Source: Paraspadella gotoi
Lineage: Eukaryota; Animalia; Chaetognatha
Assembly: GCA_051294375.1 (NCBI GenBank)
Contig: CM119265.1
Location: 20,368,966 to 20,432,965, forward strand
Direction: 5' to 3'
DNA: 64,000 bases
The position numbers and the translations under genes were made by a program. Positions 37,202 through 56,309 of the stretch are shown in pieces. The notes under the pieces were generated by a model that saw nothing but the letters and a program-made list of their open reading frames with translations, made no database searches and was not told where the DNA came from. Numbering within the stretch: the stretch's first letter is position 1; each line of letters begins with the position of its first letter.

Positions 37202-40056
37202 GAGACCGAGAATATGGTGCTCGAGAGATGAGGCGATGCGTGGGNNNNNNNNNNNNNNNNNNNNNNNNNNNNNNNNNNNNNNNNNNNNNNNNNNNNNNNN
37301 NNNNNNNNNNNNNNNNNNNNNNNNNNNNNNNNNNNNNNNNNNNNNNNNNNNNNNNNNNNNNNNNNNNNNNNNNNNNNNNNNNNNNNNNNNNNNNNNNNNN
37401 NNNNNNNNNNNNNNNNNNNNNNNNNNNNNNNNNNNNNNNNNNNNNNNNNNNNNNNNNNNNNNNNNNNNNNNNNNTTGAGTGAAAATAGATTATGCACGGG
37501 TAATGAAGACAAGTTGTATTAGAAGGGAACTATAATCATTCCTTGACTAAATAGTAAAATTAACTGGTACNNNNNNNNNNNNNNNNNNNNNNNNNNNNNN
37601 NNNNNNNNNNNNNNNNNNNNNNNNNNNNNNNNNNNNNNNNNNNNNNNNNNNNNNNNNNNNNNNNNNNNNNNNNNNNNNNNNNNNNNNNNNNNNNNNNNNN
37701 NNNNNNNNNNNNNNNNNNNNNNNNNNNNNNNNNNNNNNNNNNNNNNNNNNNNNNNNNNNNNNNNNNNNNNNNNNNNNNNNNNNNNNNNNNNNNNNNNNNN
37801 NNNNNNNNNNNNNNNNNNNNNNNNNNNNNNNNNNNNNNNNNNNNNNNNNNNNNNNNNNNNNNNNNNNNNNNNNNNNNNNNNNNNNNNNNNNNNNNNNNNN
37901 NNNNNNNNNNNNNNNNNNNNNNNNNNNNNNNNNNNNNNNNNNNNNNNNNNNNNNNNNNNNNNNNNNNNNNNNNNNNNNNNNNNNNNNNNNNNNNNNNNNN
38001 NNNNNNNNNNNNNNNNNNNNNNNNNNNNNNNNNNNNNNNNNNNNNNNNNNNNNCGATAACGACGAAGAAGACGATGAAAATTTTCCATCGCGCCATAACC
38101 TTGAATCTTGAGAGTTTTTGGCTTTTATGTTTCGGAAAACTTTGAAGACCCCGGCATTAATCCTCTTCTTTATTTCGCTTTAACTACTAGGCGAGGGTTT
38201 CCCCCTAATTTTACGGTGAAAACGAAGCCAAGGCTTAGAAGCCCTTTCTCTTTGCTTCGCGAGCCGTCGGGGCTTTTCAATCTTTTTAGCAAGAGACGAA
38301 GTTAATAGTTTATCGTGGGCAGTAGCCAGTAGATATTCTGTGCTATCAAAAATTGGAGACTTTAGCTCAAAAGAAAGACCCTGGAGGAAAAGAGAAAGGC
38401 AAAATTAATTCAATCTTTCTACAATTCTATTGCTGTTCTTCTCTTCCCAACCTAATTTCTCTCTCGTCTCTGTCCTGCTCTCTCTCGTTCTCGCTTCGTC
38501 TCTTCTCTCTCTCTGTGTCTTCTTTCTCCTGTCTCTCTCGTCGTCGTCCTCTCTCTCTCTCTCTTCTTCTTCGTCTCTCTCACTCTCTGCTCTCTATCTC
38601 TATCGTCGCACAAGAACGCTCGCACTGGGATCTTAGTTTAGATAAATTTTCTCCTTCCTGATTCCGCTCCCATACCTTAGCTTAGGGCTTAGGTTGCATC
38701 GGCACTGTTCGCGTAAACACAATTTATTCCATCTGGATTAGCTGCAGAAAGCAGCAGCGATATCAAAGAAGTGGACTGATAAATATTGAAAATCTAAACC
38801 TAGCTTGTAATCTCTTTGACTCAACGGCTTTTTGATTTCTTCTCTCGTCTCTCTCTCTCTCTCCCTCGCTGTCGTCGTCTCTCTCTCTGTCTCTCGTCTC
38901 TCTCTGCTCTCTCCTCTCTCTCGTCTCGTCTTCTCTTCGTCGTCTCCTCGTCCTCTTCCTTCGCCTTCCTTTCCAATCCCGAGCTCCTCGAATCTCCACG
39001 TCCTTCTCCCATTAATCTTCATAATAACGCTCCGTGTTTTTGGTCGGATTCGGCGTCCGTCTCTTGCTTCTGCACATTCCCAGTCGCATAAGAATAGAGA
39101 GAGAGGGACGAACAAAGAGAGTGAGTAGAGAGAGAGAGTAGAGTCAGATTGAGAGTAGAGAGAAGGAAAAAAAAGGGAGAGGAGTAGAGGTAGAGAGAGT
39201 CAGAGAAGAGAGAGGAGAGAGAGAGAAAGAGGAGAGAGGAGAAAAATACAAGATATTCAAGAAACGCTCCGCACGGATTCAATGCTGACTCCAGAAACAA
39301 TTCAAAACTGTTTTAGATATCTCAATCGTTGTTATATGGTGGCAAATCAAATCAAGTTTTCAATCTACTTAAGATAGGGGATTGCCAGGCCTTACAAATT
39401 TGAAATACCTGCTGGGGCAAAATATTGCACAAAAAAAAGAGAATTGTTAAAGTGTTCACATGTTTACAACCATCGGTTAAATTTTATCCATGCCGATTCA
39501 GTGGCGATTCGGTGCCTAGACTAAAAAGGAAAAGGAAAAAATGGAAAATAAATAAATTCCATTCACTACGAGTCGAAGTAGATTATAAAAATGATCACGC
39601 TTGTTTTGGGAGTACTGTCTTTTCCTTCTCTGTCCGATCTGATCGTATTTGGAAAGGGTCTATCGGCAAAAAATGCCTTCTGCTCTCGTCCCACCCTCCA
39701 TTGTCTGTCCTCTCGTCTCCTCGTCTATTTCTTCTCTCTCTCCTTCAGCTCTCATTCCTTCTTCTCTCTCGATCTCTCTCTCGTCTTCTCTCTCTCTTCG
39801 TCTCTCTACTGATCCTCGTTTCGTTGCTCTCGTCATCTTCTCTCTCTCCTCCGCTCGCTCGCTCGTCGTGAGTGTAAATAAAAAGATATAGAATTTTACG
39901 TATCGATTGACTCTCCTACCCTTCTTCCTTTCGTTTCTGCGACTATGCCGATTCGTAATTTCATCGTGCGCTAGTAATTTCTAACATTCCAAATTTCTAA
40001 ATTTGTCCCACGTTACTGTCGCAAATGAAGAAAAGGGACAGGATTCTTCTTCCGAA

Positions 40057-40125
40057 GTGTCGGGCGCGTGAGGTGTCGGGCACGTGAGTGGGTGTCGGAC
40101 GCGTGATTAGGTATCGGACGTGTGG
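40057..40125. repeat. Four degenerate copies of GTGTCGGGCRCGTGA
   Basis: gtgtcgggcgcgtga, gtgtcgggcacgtga, gtgtcggacgcgtga, gtatcggacgtgtg. Confidence 0.6.
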
Positions 40126-43100
40126 AGGATGTGTTTGGTGTGTCAGAAAATTTGGGGTTTGTGAATAGGAGGTGTGCAATGCCGTAATGGGCACGTGAGA
40201 AGGTGTAGTGCCCGTAGAAAGTTGACGGGCAGTCGGGCACTTTGGACAAAACAACTGTCCCCAACAGGATGCTTGCAATGCCATTGAAACTGTTGGGCGA
40301 TCTAGTTTAAGAAGGCAACGGCCTCAACAAAAAAAGTTGAAGCTCTCTTGAATCTTGACGATGACTCGTCGTGTCGCAACGATTGCCAAGAGTGAAGTTG
40401 TGAGTTTTGTGATTCCGACTTCGTGAGAGATAAAAAAAATGAGAAAAAAAGAAAANNNNNNNNNNNNNNNNNNNNNNNNNGAGAAAGAGAGATGGAAAAA
40501 AAGGAAAGGAAGACTTTTTCGTACATCCTAATGAGGGCGAAGTAGCACTACTTCTGTCCTTCCTATCCCTTCTTCTCACTCTCTCTCTCTCTGTCTGCCT
40601 TCGTTCTCTCTCTCCCTCTCCTCTCTCCTCGTCTCTTTTCTCTCATTCTCTTTCTCCTCTCTCTCTCCTCTCTCTTTCTCTTTCTCTCATTTCTCTCTCT
40701 GGCTCTCTCTCCCAACGACAAAAAAAAAATCCCGCACGGGAGCAATCGGCGAGGCGGGCCGTGTATTTGCTGTCAAGGCGTCCTTGAGCATAACGCGATT
40801 AGCGCTTAGCAATCCATCCTCCGCTCGCCTCGCTTCTCCTTAGCTAACTATCCGGGCTTGTATTATGCGAGGAGAGAAAAACTCCAGAGCTTGGTCGTTT
40901 AGTTAGCTACGCAGGCTGTGAGCGACCTTTCGAGCGTTTTGGTGTCCATTAAGGACTTCGGACATTTTCTGTATGACGCACCGGTCGTCACAGATGCGTC
41001 ATTGCCGCACGTCCGAGTGATCCCTGATAGTCGACTGCACGTGTGTCTGGATGGCTTTCCGTCCGTTGGGCTTGCGATACAGTCTAGTCGTAATTTCAAT
41101 AACAATAACTTCGCAGCTTGTCAGAAAATAATAACTCGCGGCCTCGACGCTACTAGGATGTCCGACCGATCCTCCCGTCTCGCTTTTTCTTAATGCTCTT
41201 CTTCGGGATGTCTAGTCGATCTGATAGAATTCAAGCCTTAGTTGTTTGGGCTTCTTTGACTTCATCAATGCTGTCGCTTGCACGGCTACCGTTGTTGCTC
41301 GTTGTTGTGGCTGTAACGGTGCTTGGGGCGTGTGGTGGCATCTGCTGTTGTGATAGGCTCTTCCGCAAGTGATATTTTTACTATGCCCCAGACTATCAGA
41401 TATGCCGACAAGTTGAGGGATGAGTCCTCGATTGAATACAATAACGTATAATTCTACCAGCTCATGACAGGCTTTCGTAACTCAATTTGTGGGACGACAT
41501 CGCTGGAGGTAACATGAGCGAACCGGTGAAGCATAAATTGCGGTGAACACATGTCGTGTCTAATAACTCTCACCAGGACAGCTCGCGAGGTCGGTCCTGA
41601 GCATAAGGCGAATTATGCACCTCATTGTTATTTCTCCTCTCTACTTATTTCTCTATTAGAAACTGTTTACAAGTATTAAGGATGTACGGAGATGTGCTTA
41701 TAAGTATTCTCACAGCATTTCACGCTTATTATCTGCTACAGATCCTATACGGGCGACTGCGTAATCCATTTGATTCGTGGTATGCGACAGGACATAGATC
41801 GGAGCGGTACGTCGACCCTCCGAGCTCTGAACTATCTAGCCGCCATCTCACTCGCATCCGTCGGACCTCTCGCGCGATAAACGTGGCCCGGTCGCGGAAA
41901 GTCGCGAGCATTTAGTTCTCGGCCTCCGACGCGGTCCTGCTCCGCCTCCGCTCTCCGACGTTCCGATTTCGCGAGATTCGCTTAATGAGGACGTCCGATG
42001 ACTGTGTGGAGTGGATAACTAGCGGTTTTTTTTCTCTTCTCTCCTTAACGTCGTATTTGAGCGCGACTTGGGCGTATGCGGATTCCGGACGGATGGTGCG
42101 ATTGGGACGGCGAGAGTGGCCTGGAGGCGCGGCAGAAAAGCTGCGGACGACTTTGAGAGATGTTGGTGAGCGGATCAGATGGTGATTTGATCGGTCTGTG
42201 GGCACTGTTGAAGTGGACAAGTAGTGCGGCGGGCATGATCTTGCTTAAGTTCTTGGGATGTAGCGACGGTCGGAGACTCGTGTTTGTTGTACGTGTAGAT
42301 TCAGTGGTTACGTGTCAAAGATTGGCGGCTGTTGGAAGGCGTCGCGGACGACGCCAGCGTGAGGCTGTTTTCAGCTGGTGTCGGCGGGATACGCCACGCT
42401 GTTTCTATTTCGCGCTCTATTTTCCATATGACTTTTCCCATTTTTTCATTTTCATCCGGTTCTTTTACCACGTATTGCCTTCTTTCCTGACAACATTCTT
42501 TTTTTGAAATGCATCATCCTCCTCTTTTTTCCTCCTCTCCTCTTATGCTCTCGTCCTCCTCATCTTCCGTCATGCTTTCCCTTTTCTCGTTTCCCCTTTT
42601 TTTACTTTCTTGGAATTCTTAATATACTGTCTCGGCATTGACAATATTTATCTTCACCATCATTTCCTCCGTACTTTTGTTTTTATTATCTTTCACACTC
42701 TCCGATTAGACTGCTCATCTGCGTCTCTCTTCGCGGTTCTCTCTCTCTCCTCTGGCTCTCTCGTCTCTCTCCTCTCGTCGTCTCTCTCTGCTCTTCACAA
42801 ACCCTGCTTTTCCAACTATGGCCCCAACTGCCCCTTTCCCTTTCCTTTCCTGCCTTATTCCTCGCGGCTCCTTTTCCTGCCACTTCTTTTCCTCTTCTGC
42901 CTGCTGTCTTCCCGGCGCAATTCTGTCTGCGGCTTCACAGCGCTTCTTTCATTTCGGCCGTCGTCGTACGTGAGCGGCTCGCGTTCAGGGTCGTCGTGTG
43001 ATGATCGTTCGTCTCGCGTCGCCGTCAATTGTTGCCCAGTGGATTCGGTCGTCGGCCACATATTCTGGCACACAGAGTTGCAGTTGACGTTATGGATTGC

Positions 43101-44274
43101 TATTGGAGCCCGAGACGAGAATAATGGGTGCTCGAGAGATTGAGGCATGCGTGGGAAAATAAAGGGCGGTGGAGCGGCAGAGGAAAGCAGAAGCCGAACG
43201 AAGGAGGCGGATTATGAGCGAGAGGGGGAGGTTGGAAGTGGGGGGCGCGTGATATTAGCGAAAAAGGGGGGGCGTTGATGTGAAGAATAGATTCATGCAC
43301 GGGTAATGAGACCAGTTGTTATTAGAAGGAACTATAATCGATTGCCTTGACTAAATTGAGATTATAAAGATTACTTGGCTTACTGTGAGACGTGCGGTTC
43401 TGGCTCAAACTCGTGACTGGGAAAACTTCTTGCTCTTGACAGGGATGAGCTGGCTTTTTTCGCTTTTGAAAATTAGATGTGACGTTACCATGGAAAGGCC
43501 ATTCAAGGCGGATGCGCACGATATGATACTTTGGATGAATTCGATTGTTCATGTAGTAATTTAATTCATATTTGAGACATAACGACAGAAAAACAGGATA
43601 TCTCTTCCTCGTGACAGCTGTGCAACGAGTGTCGACTTATGTCCTGAATAATTAGAATTAAATGTAGATCGATGAACCAAATGGCGACCAGGATTAAAAA
43701 CGCACTGACGATGACGATCGGGTCGTATAAGCACGATGGACGACCGAGACCGAAGGCCACGAATGAGACTGTAGTAACGGGACGATTTAGAAGCACACGT
43801 ATCTAACAATTTTCCAATGCGCCGCATTACCTTGATCTCTGAGAGTTTTGGCTTTTACTGTTTCTGTGGAAAATACTTTGAGACGACCCCGGCCAGATCT
43901 AAATTGTCGCTCTTCACTTTGCGCTATTATACACCGCCATATACTAGGCGATGGGTTCGCCGCTAATGTTACAGGGGTGAAAACGAAGCCTTAAGGCCTT
44001 AGAAGCCCTTTCTTTTTGCTCTTCGCGAGCTCTCGGTCGGACGGGGCTTTCAAGTACTTTTTACACACGAGACGAACTGGTAATTAGTCTTAGTCGTGGC
44101 CAGAGCAGTAGATATTCTGTCGCTATTCAAAAATTGAGATTTCTAGCCTCTGAAGTAAAGGACAAGTACCTTTGGAGGAAAAGAGAAGGGCAAATTTATC
44201 AATCTTCGTTACCAGATTTATTGCTTTCTTCTTCCCACCTGAATCTTGCTCTCTCTCTCTTCTCTTCTCTCTTT

Positions 44275-44310
<36 letters not shown>

Positions 44311-47300
44311 TCTCTCTCTGCTCTCTCCTCTCTCTCCTCATCTTTCGCACAAGCGGCACGCCCACGGATTTTATCTAACAAATTTTCTTCCTTCCGTGAT
44401 TGCCGCTCTCGTTCCTTAGACTTAGGCTTAGGTGCCCATCCGCCAAGCTTTGCAAGTCGAACACACAGTTATTCATCTGGATTAATACCATTGCAGGAAA
44501 GGTCAGGGACGATATCACAAGATTAGGTGACTTATTTAATATGTAAAGATCTGAAACTCAGCCTGGAACTCATCTGAATCAAACCCTTTGTATTTTCTCT
44601 CTCTCTGCTCTCTCGCATCTCTGTTCTCTGCTCTCGTCATCTCTAGCTCTCGTCTCTCTATCTCTTCCTCTCCTCTCTCTGCTCTTCTCTCTCGTCTCTC
44701 TCCGTACCAGTTCCTTCGCTTACTCTTCTCCCTTTGCGAGCCTTTCCGAACATCCCGGAGCCTCTGCCTAACGGAATCTCCACACCGGACTCGTCTCCCT
44801 CCGGCGGCATTACTCGATCCCCGTATTAATTTCGTCTTCATAATCCGCTCTGTGTTTTAGGGTCACGATTCTCGCTTCTGGCTTGACTTTCTGCACATCC
44901 CACCCTGCACTAATACTTAGAGGGAGATGACGCTTTCAACTTAAACGAGCGACGATGCATTTGTACCAGACAATGCCCACGACCGTTCGTCGATGTTGGT
45001 CTTGAGGAGAAGGAGGAGAGAGATCGACGATGGAGAGAGACTGAAGAGATAGATGATATAGTGATGACACACTGACCGACGTATGATAATCCTGTGTGGG
45101 AAGCTGTAACAAGCAGAGCTATGTAAGCTACGGATTCGAGAGTAACACTAGGTATCTCCTGCGACCCGTATATGTGGATTGATTGATAGGGATCGAGAGA
45201 GATAGGAGAAGCATATGCAGTCAGTAGACGAGTGTAGAACAAACTAAGGATAGTCAAGACAGACCCGCCGAGCGGGATTCAAGATCTGAATGCTCATATG
45301 ATAGATACTGGTTTAGATCAATAACTGTCACGTCGTAATGTATTGACCAAACAGACTCATACTCTCAATCAACCTCTGATCAATGATAGGGCGCATGCCA
45401 TCCTTACATATTGAATACCGTCAGGTGGCGAAATAATATTCACATAGAAAAATGACAATGGATTGTTAATGTTCATCCACTGTTCTACACATCTGGTGAC
45501 TAATATTCTCTCATCTGATTACCAGATGCTCTGCGCAACAATATAAAAGCAATAGTATAATACACATAGAGAGAATAAAAGATGAACCATCACACGAGTA
45601 GTGATATAATGACAAGTATCTGCTTTATTTGGGGCCTCGTTCTCTCATTTCTGCTTGATGCATCCGTAGTCTTTGAAACAGGTCGGCATGCAATACAAGC
45701 GTCTGCGTCTCTCTCTCTCATCTCTGTCTCACTTCTCATTCGTCTACTCTCGTACAGCTCTCGTCTCTCTCCTCTCCGCCGGTCTCCTCTCGATTCTCTC
45801 TCTCTGCTCTCTCTGGAGTCCGGTATAGAAGTAAAGGTTTATCCGATGTGATAGCTTCTCCACGCTATCACTCTCCCATTCTGCTTGCGGCTTTTCCGTC
45901 TCGGGACTCGAATTCGCCCCTGATGTTCGATGATCGAGTCTCAGCTCTTATGTATACCTCAAGAGTGTCACGCAAAATTTCACGGCGGACTGTAATCAGT
46001 CTCTATGCAGATATAATGTGAATGATGCAATTCATCTTATATGACTCTCAGAAGTGTGCTGTCGGGCGCGGCGTTGAGGTACTACTGTCGGGCCAGCTGA
46101 CGTGAGTGCGCAAGATGTTAGCTCTGGTGTGGCCATCGCATATTTCATTGAATCGTTGACGTGTCTGAAGGAAAGTGTGCGTTTCTGGCACGAGCATTAA
46201 GGTGCTCATAGGAATTAATCTTGGTGACGGTTTGTGTTCGTAATTCAGTAATAGAGATGCATCGCTTCGCTCTGCTCAATGTCACGTTACATTGGTGGCA
46301 GACGAGTGAGTAAGGCCCTGTAGGTGCTCCGGTACGGAAAAGCCGGTCTTGTGGCACACGGGGTATTCCGTAGCACTCGCCGCACCTTCTCGTTGGCAGC
46401 TGTCGCTAACGTGTGGAGCTCAAACCTACATACTCGGTCTTCGCGAATGCTCGCACAGTCTCTCCATAGCCTTCAATCTCATATCTGGTTCTACTCGCGC
46501 TGACTTCGAGATTCGCAACTGCTCCATTTGAACAACTGCGTGGCTTGTGGCGAGCCTTCTAGTTTTAAGAATGGCGATAGCGCGGCGCCTACGGCGCCAT
46601 AGCCACCGCACCACAATAATCTGCTGCATTCTGACAATTCAAACACTGCTCTCTCTTGAATGCCTGACTGACTGCGTAACTGCGGTTTGTCCGTAGCCGC
46701 CGGGACGCGATAGGTCTCCAGTACAATATCGCATTCGGCTGCCGCAAGAGATTGGACTGTGAAGTTGGTGAGTTTGCTATCTTATCGTGCAACCTGCTTA
46801 TCGCACATCAGCGCTTCTCTCGCTGAGCAGGCTGGAGACACTTTCTTGCTGAGTTCTTATGAAACTTCACGATAAGCCGTATGCTAACCTCGATGCGCCT
46901 CCCGTTGTTGTGGCACTCATGCACATGATCTTCTATCGGCGAATAAAAAAGAAACTTCGACGTGCAACCTACCTTATCTAACATGCAATCATCCACACAG
47001 TCGGTAACGAACTGACCGACTGGTGTATGGCATGACGCCTTCAACATCCACTCACATGTATTTCTTCTCTTCCGCAGCGCGGAAGCTTTAATAGACGCTT
47101 AATCCCTTTTGCGCGCAATGGCTATGGATTCTACTCTCGTGCTTCCAATCCGCGCAGCGCTGGTCGCTTGCTTCTCGGTACTCGACGGTCTGACCTTCTC
47201 CTGTCTCTGCTGCGTTCTGCTCCTACTCGTCTCTGCTCCCTGCGCTCTCTACCTCTCTCTCGTTCTGCGTCTCTTCTCTCTCCTCTCTTCTCAGCGAGGA

Positions 47301-47589
47301 AAAAGCCTAACTATCTTTCGCGTCAAAAAATGCGGTTGGGCTTCAAAATTCCGATTAGAAAAAATGTCTCTTGTGTTGAAATTTTCCGAAAAAAGGGTTT
47401 GGCTTAAATCCATAGAAAAATGTTCTCGTTGAAAACAGTTATTTTAAAAGAACGTTAAAAGTTAATATATATAAATAATATCTTATATTTTTTCAGTTTG
47501 CTTAAAACATTGAGACTGAAACTATGCAAAATAGTGATTGTGAAAAATAATTGGAATTTGTATTAACAATTTTGATACATAGTTTTCAT

Positions 47590-52556
<4,967 letters not shown>

Positions 52557-52654
52557 GAGCTCGCCTCTTTTTTATACACGCTATTCATGTTTGTCATCTC
52601 TCTCTCTCTCTCTCGTCTCTCTCCTCTCTGCCTCTCTCTCTCTCTTCTCTCTCT

Positions 52655-52695
<41 letters not shown>

Positions 52696-52867
52696 ATCTC
52701 TCTTTTTTTCATGCTTCCAACATGGCGGACGTTCTCCCCTCAACGCCCAACGCCGATTCTTCCATCGTCTTTCTCTCCCGTCAAACTCCACGTCCACCGA
52801 CAACAACAACAAATAACAACACAAACGAACGGTTTCCTTTATGCCGCCTCTTCCCCCCCTTCCCCCG

Positions 52868-52933
<66 letters not shown>

Positions 52934-53886
52934 TCTCTCTCTTCTCTCTCTTCTCTCTCCTGTTACTCCCGCACGCCCCCTCGTCTCTTCAAACGCCTCC
53001 TTCGCAAACGCATTTGCTGTTCCAACATATAACGCCATTCCCCGACGACGACGACGACGACCGACGCACGGTTTCGGCTTCTTTCTTTTTTTTGGAAAAT
53101 TATTCTTCCTCGCCGGGGGTATTTTCTCGATCCCCCTGCCCACATACTACCCTTTCGTCTCGTCTCCACCGACATTATGACGTCATTTAATAACAACTTC
53201 CGGCTTTCTAAAAAAAAAATTTACTTTCCTTTTCCGACTTCGAACTTTTCTTTCCTCTATTCTTTCCTTTTCTAACCTCCCCCTTAATCGTCGACACCCT
53301 TCAATGAATATATTACTAAAACACCACCCCCCAAATTTCCCACCCCCCCCAATGGACACACCTATTCCCGACCACGCGTTCCTCCCCATCCGACAAATTG
53401 GACACCGCGAAACGATAATGGGGACGCAATCGTCCAACGTTTTTAACCTCCATCGCGAATCCTCACCCTCGCTCCCTCCGCCTTACCCGATTCCCTTGTC
53501 TCCTTACGCACCCGCCTGTCTCATGCCCTTTTTTTGCTTGCCTGTCTTACCCTCTTCCCCCGCCTGTCTTCTGCCCCTTCTCACTCGCCTGACTTACCCT
53601 CAACCTAATATCCTTTCCTCCGCTCGTCTCCGCGTCCTATCATCATTCTCATTTTCAATATCACATCATTCATCATGTCATTCTCATCTGGTCATTCGTC
53701 CCATTATCACATTCATCATCGTCTTACCCATAATCATTTTCCCCTTCCTCCCCTCGTTTCCTTCGTCCATCTTCCATCCATTTTCACTTCCCCTACATGC
53801 TCCAACCCCCCATCCCATCCCATTCTGGCGGACCCCTTCCCCTCATTCTCTCGCCCCCGCCTGCTTCTGGTGTTGGTCGTTATCAT

Positions 53887-53923
<37 letters not shown>

Positions 53924-55999
53924 CTCTCTCTCTCTCTCTCTTCTCTCCTCTCTCTCTCTCTTCCAAATCATCGGCTCTGGTGTCTTCCTCATCCTCTCCT
54001 TCCCTCCTTTTCCTCCTTTCTCCTTGACTCTTCTTCTTCTCCTCTTCCTCCTCCTCTTCTTCCTCCCTCCTCTTCTTCGTCACCATTTTTTACCCTCTTC
54101 TTCCAACTCTTCTTATCTTCCTTAACTTCTTTCACTTCTTGTGTCCAAAAAAAAAAATTAAAACAACAACAATTTATTCCGGCATCAACACGATTTTATT
54201 TTCTGTTTGCAACCAAAAAAAAAAACATTACCAAAAAAAAAATAATTAAACAGAAGGAACTGTTCGCCAGTTTTTGTTTTTTCACGTAAAAAAAAACAAA
54301 GAAAAAAAACTTATTCACAGGAAAAAAAAGTTAATCAACGCAATTGTATCGGCGCACTTGAGGTGAGTTCGGGTCAGGGTAAGTGAGGAATTATTGTGAA
54401 AAACAAGCAGCAACCGTGTTGACTCCCCTTGTTACTTTTTATTTTTCAGCATCGTCGCTATTATCAACGAAACTGCCAAAAACACGTGGGACGGATGGTA
54501 TTTGGCTTTCTCGGCTGAAAACCATCGAAATTTCAGACAAAACCAAACAAAACAGGAAAGATAAAGGCACCTTTTCTCTCGCAGCTCAATTCTACACAAA
54601 CCTTTTTTTTCTTCTTCTGATCAATTTGTTTTCGGGAAATTTTTTCGTGAATTAGTATAAATCTATCGAGTCTGAATCAAGGAAATTTAAGTCAAATCAA
54701 TTTTTTTTGAAAAAGAGGATCGTTTTAAGTTGTTCATCTCGAGACTTATCCTTTGCTCAAAACTTCTCTCCCCTTTTTTAATCGACGAGGGCGACTCGAG
54801 TCGGTTCTCGAAAAAAACAAAAAACTAACGATTTCACCGGAGAAACAAAAGATCATCGTGTTTGTTTTCATCAAATCGATGCACAAAATATAGAAAAAAA
54901 AAACTAACAGCCAAAAAAAAAAAAAAAAATCTGCACGAAACTTCATTCTATAGAAAAATCGAAAGTTCTGCTTTTAAATAAATAATAAAAAAAAAACTCG
55001 AACAAAACAGCAATAGGTTTTGAAGGCCGTTTTGTTTTTGTTTTCACATTTTTGCTTTTTTCACGTCATTATCATCTCCATTGTCTTCAGTTGTCATAAA
55101 AACGTTACTTCCGGCTCTACAATATAGATTATCGTTGCAGACAAGGATCGCCAAAAAAAAAGTAGTGTTACGTAAAATCGAATCAAACGATACTAGCTAG
55201 ACTTATCAACGATTACAACGACTTAAACTACAACAACGACGACAACGCGTTTGCTAATTCGCCTCAAACCTCATTTTCATCAATTCCTCAATTTTTTTCA
55301 TTTGTTAAACTTTGCAAAAAAAACAAAAACAAAACAAAATAAAAAACAAACTTAATTTCTTTTTTTCGTCCTAGAAAATTCGAGTTGAATTTCCGTGACT
55401 CGGATTTTCATTTGTTATTCCAGTGCTTAAGACATTTCGATATTCCAATATCATTGGATATATATATATTCAATATAAAAACCTCTCTTTTCTTTCCTCC
55501 ATTTCTAAACTCTATCCTCTTTAATTTGAGGATAGATATTGTTGTGTCGCATCCCCGACATTAAAGTTGTTCCAGAACCTCCTCCTCTTCCTCCTCCTCC
55601 TCCTCCTCCTCCTCCTCTTTCCCAAAACCCCGCAAATATTAAACTAGTCAACTTTAATTGATCTCCTATTCCTCTTCATTGTGATACACTTTTAACTTCG
55701 TCGATTTGGGTTAATTATTTTTCGCGCGTATTACTACATAAAGAATATATTAAAAAAATATTAAACTGTATCGACTTCAAACGATCCCCCATTCTCCCAA
55801 AAAAAATTAAATAAATAAAAACAATATATTACTTTCCCTCTCGTCTGTAAACAATAAACCATAAACGTACTAAAAATACATACGGGGACGCCGAATTAGA
55901 CAGAAAAAGGTCGATAGTACCAAAAAAAAAAATTAAAAAGAGAGAGATAAAGCAAAAAAGACATTCATAAATAATACAAACAAACTTCGAAAGAGCAAC

Positions 56000-56146
56000 A
56001 TGGCGACGACGATCGGCGCTAACAACGTGGGCGTGACGCCCGTGACGCCGAATCCATCGACGGGACAAGTGGCGCCGCCGGTTGGCACGGATTCCATCCC
56101 CTTGAGTCAAAGCATGGACTCGATCAATACGACGCCGGAGGAAGAG
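56000..56146 (+). CDS. cpo: First coding exon of a couch potato / RBPMS-family RRM protein gene; the rest of the gene lies beyond the window
   Basis: CAACATGGCG start context and MATTIG...IPLSQSMDSINTTPEEE followed by a perfect GAG|GTGAGT donor. As I recall, insect Cpo has SQSMDSVNT..EEE directly before the RRM start VRTLFVSGLP, and RBPMS has an intron after EEE. I did not find the RRM exon in 56147-64000. Confidence 0.7.
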
Positions 56147-56309
56147 GTGAGTTTATTTGGGGGTGGGGGTGACGGGGGTAAGGTAAGGTAACCAGAAGGT
56201 GACATTCTTATTAATCCCAATACAAATTATACTTATTGATTCCGCAAGAAAATCGCCAAGAGAATTAATTTTCATGGGCAAATTCAACCATAGCGGTTAT
56301 ATTGTGTAA

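Larger units (their letters stand above)
35140..47000 (+). repeat. Tandem duplication (35140-40455 vs 40481-~47000); the second copy is increasingly noisy and spans the N-gaps of the first
   Basis: tttttcgtacatcctaatgagggcgaa at ~35170 and ~40515; gagcgaaccggtgaagcataa at ~35900 and ~41516; joined at the 25-N gap 40456-40480. Confidence 0.85.

Noticed and set aside
44900-47250. High-complexity region with many short ORFs
   Set aside because: It is the degraded tail of the duplicate of ~39050-40455, with landmarks still faintly recognisable. I treat it as sequencing noise.
52721-53180. CAACATGGCGGAC start with ORF MADVLPSTPNADSS...
   Set aside because: It runs into (CT)n with no donor site or recognisable domain, and the motif equally fits a YY1-type site upstream of the cpo-like gene.
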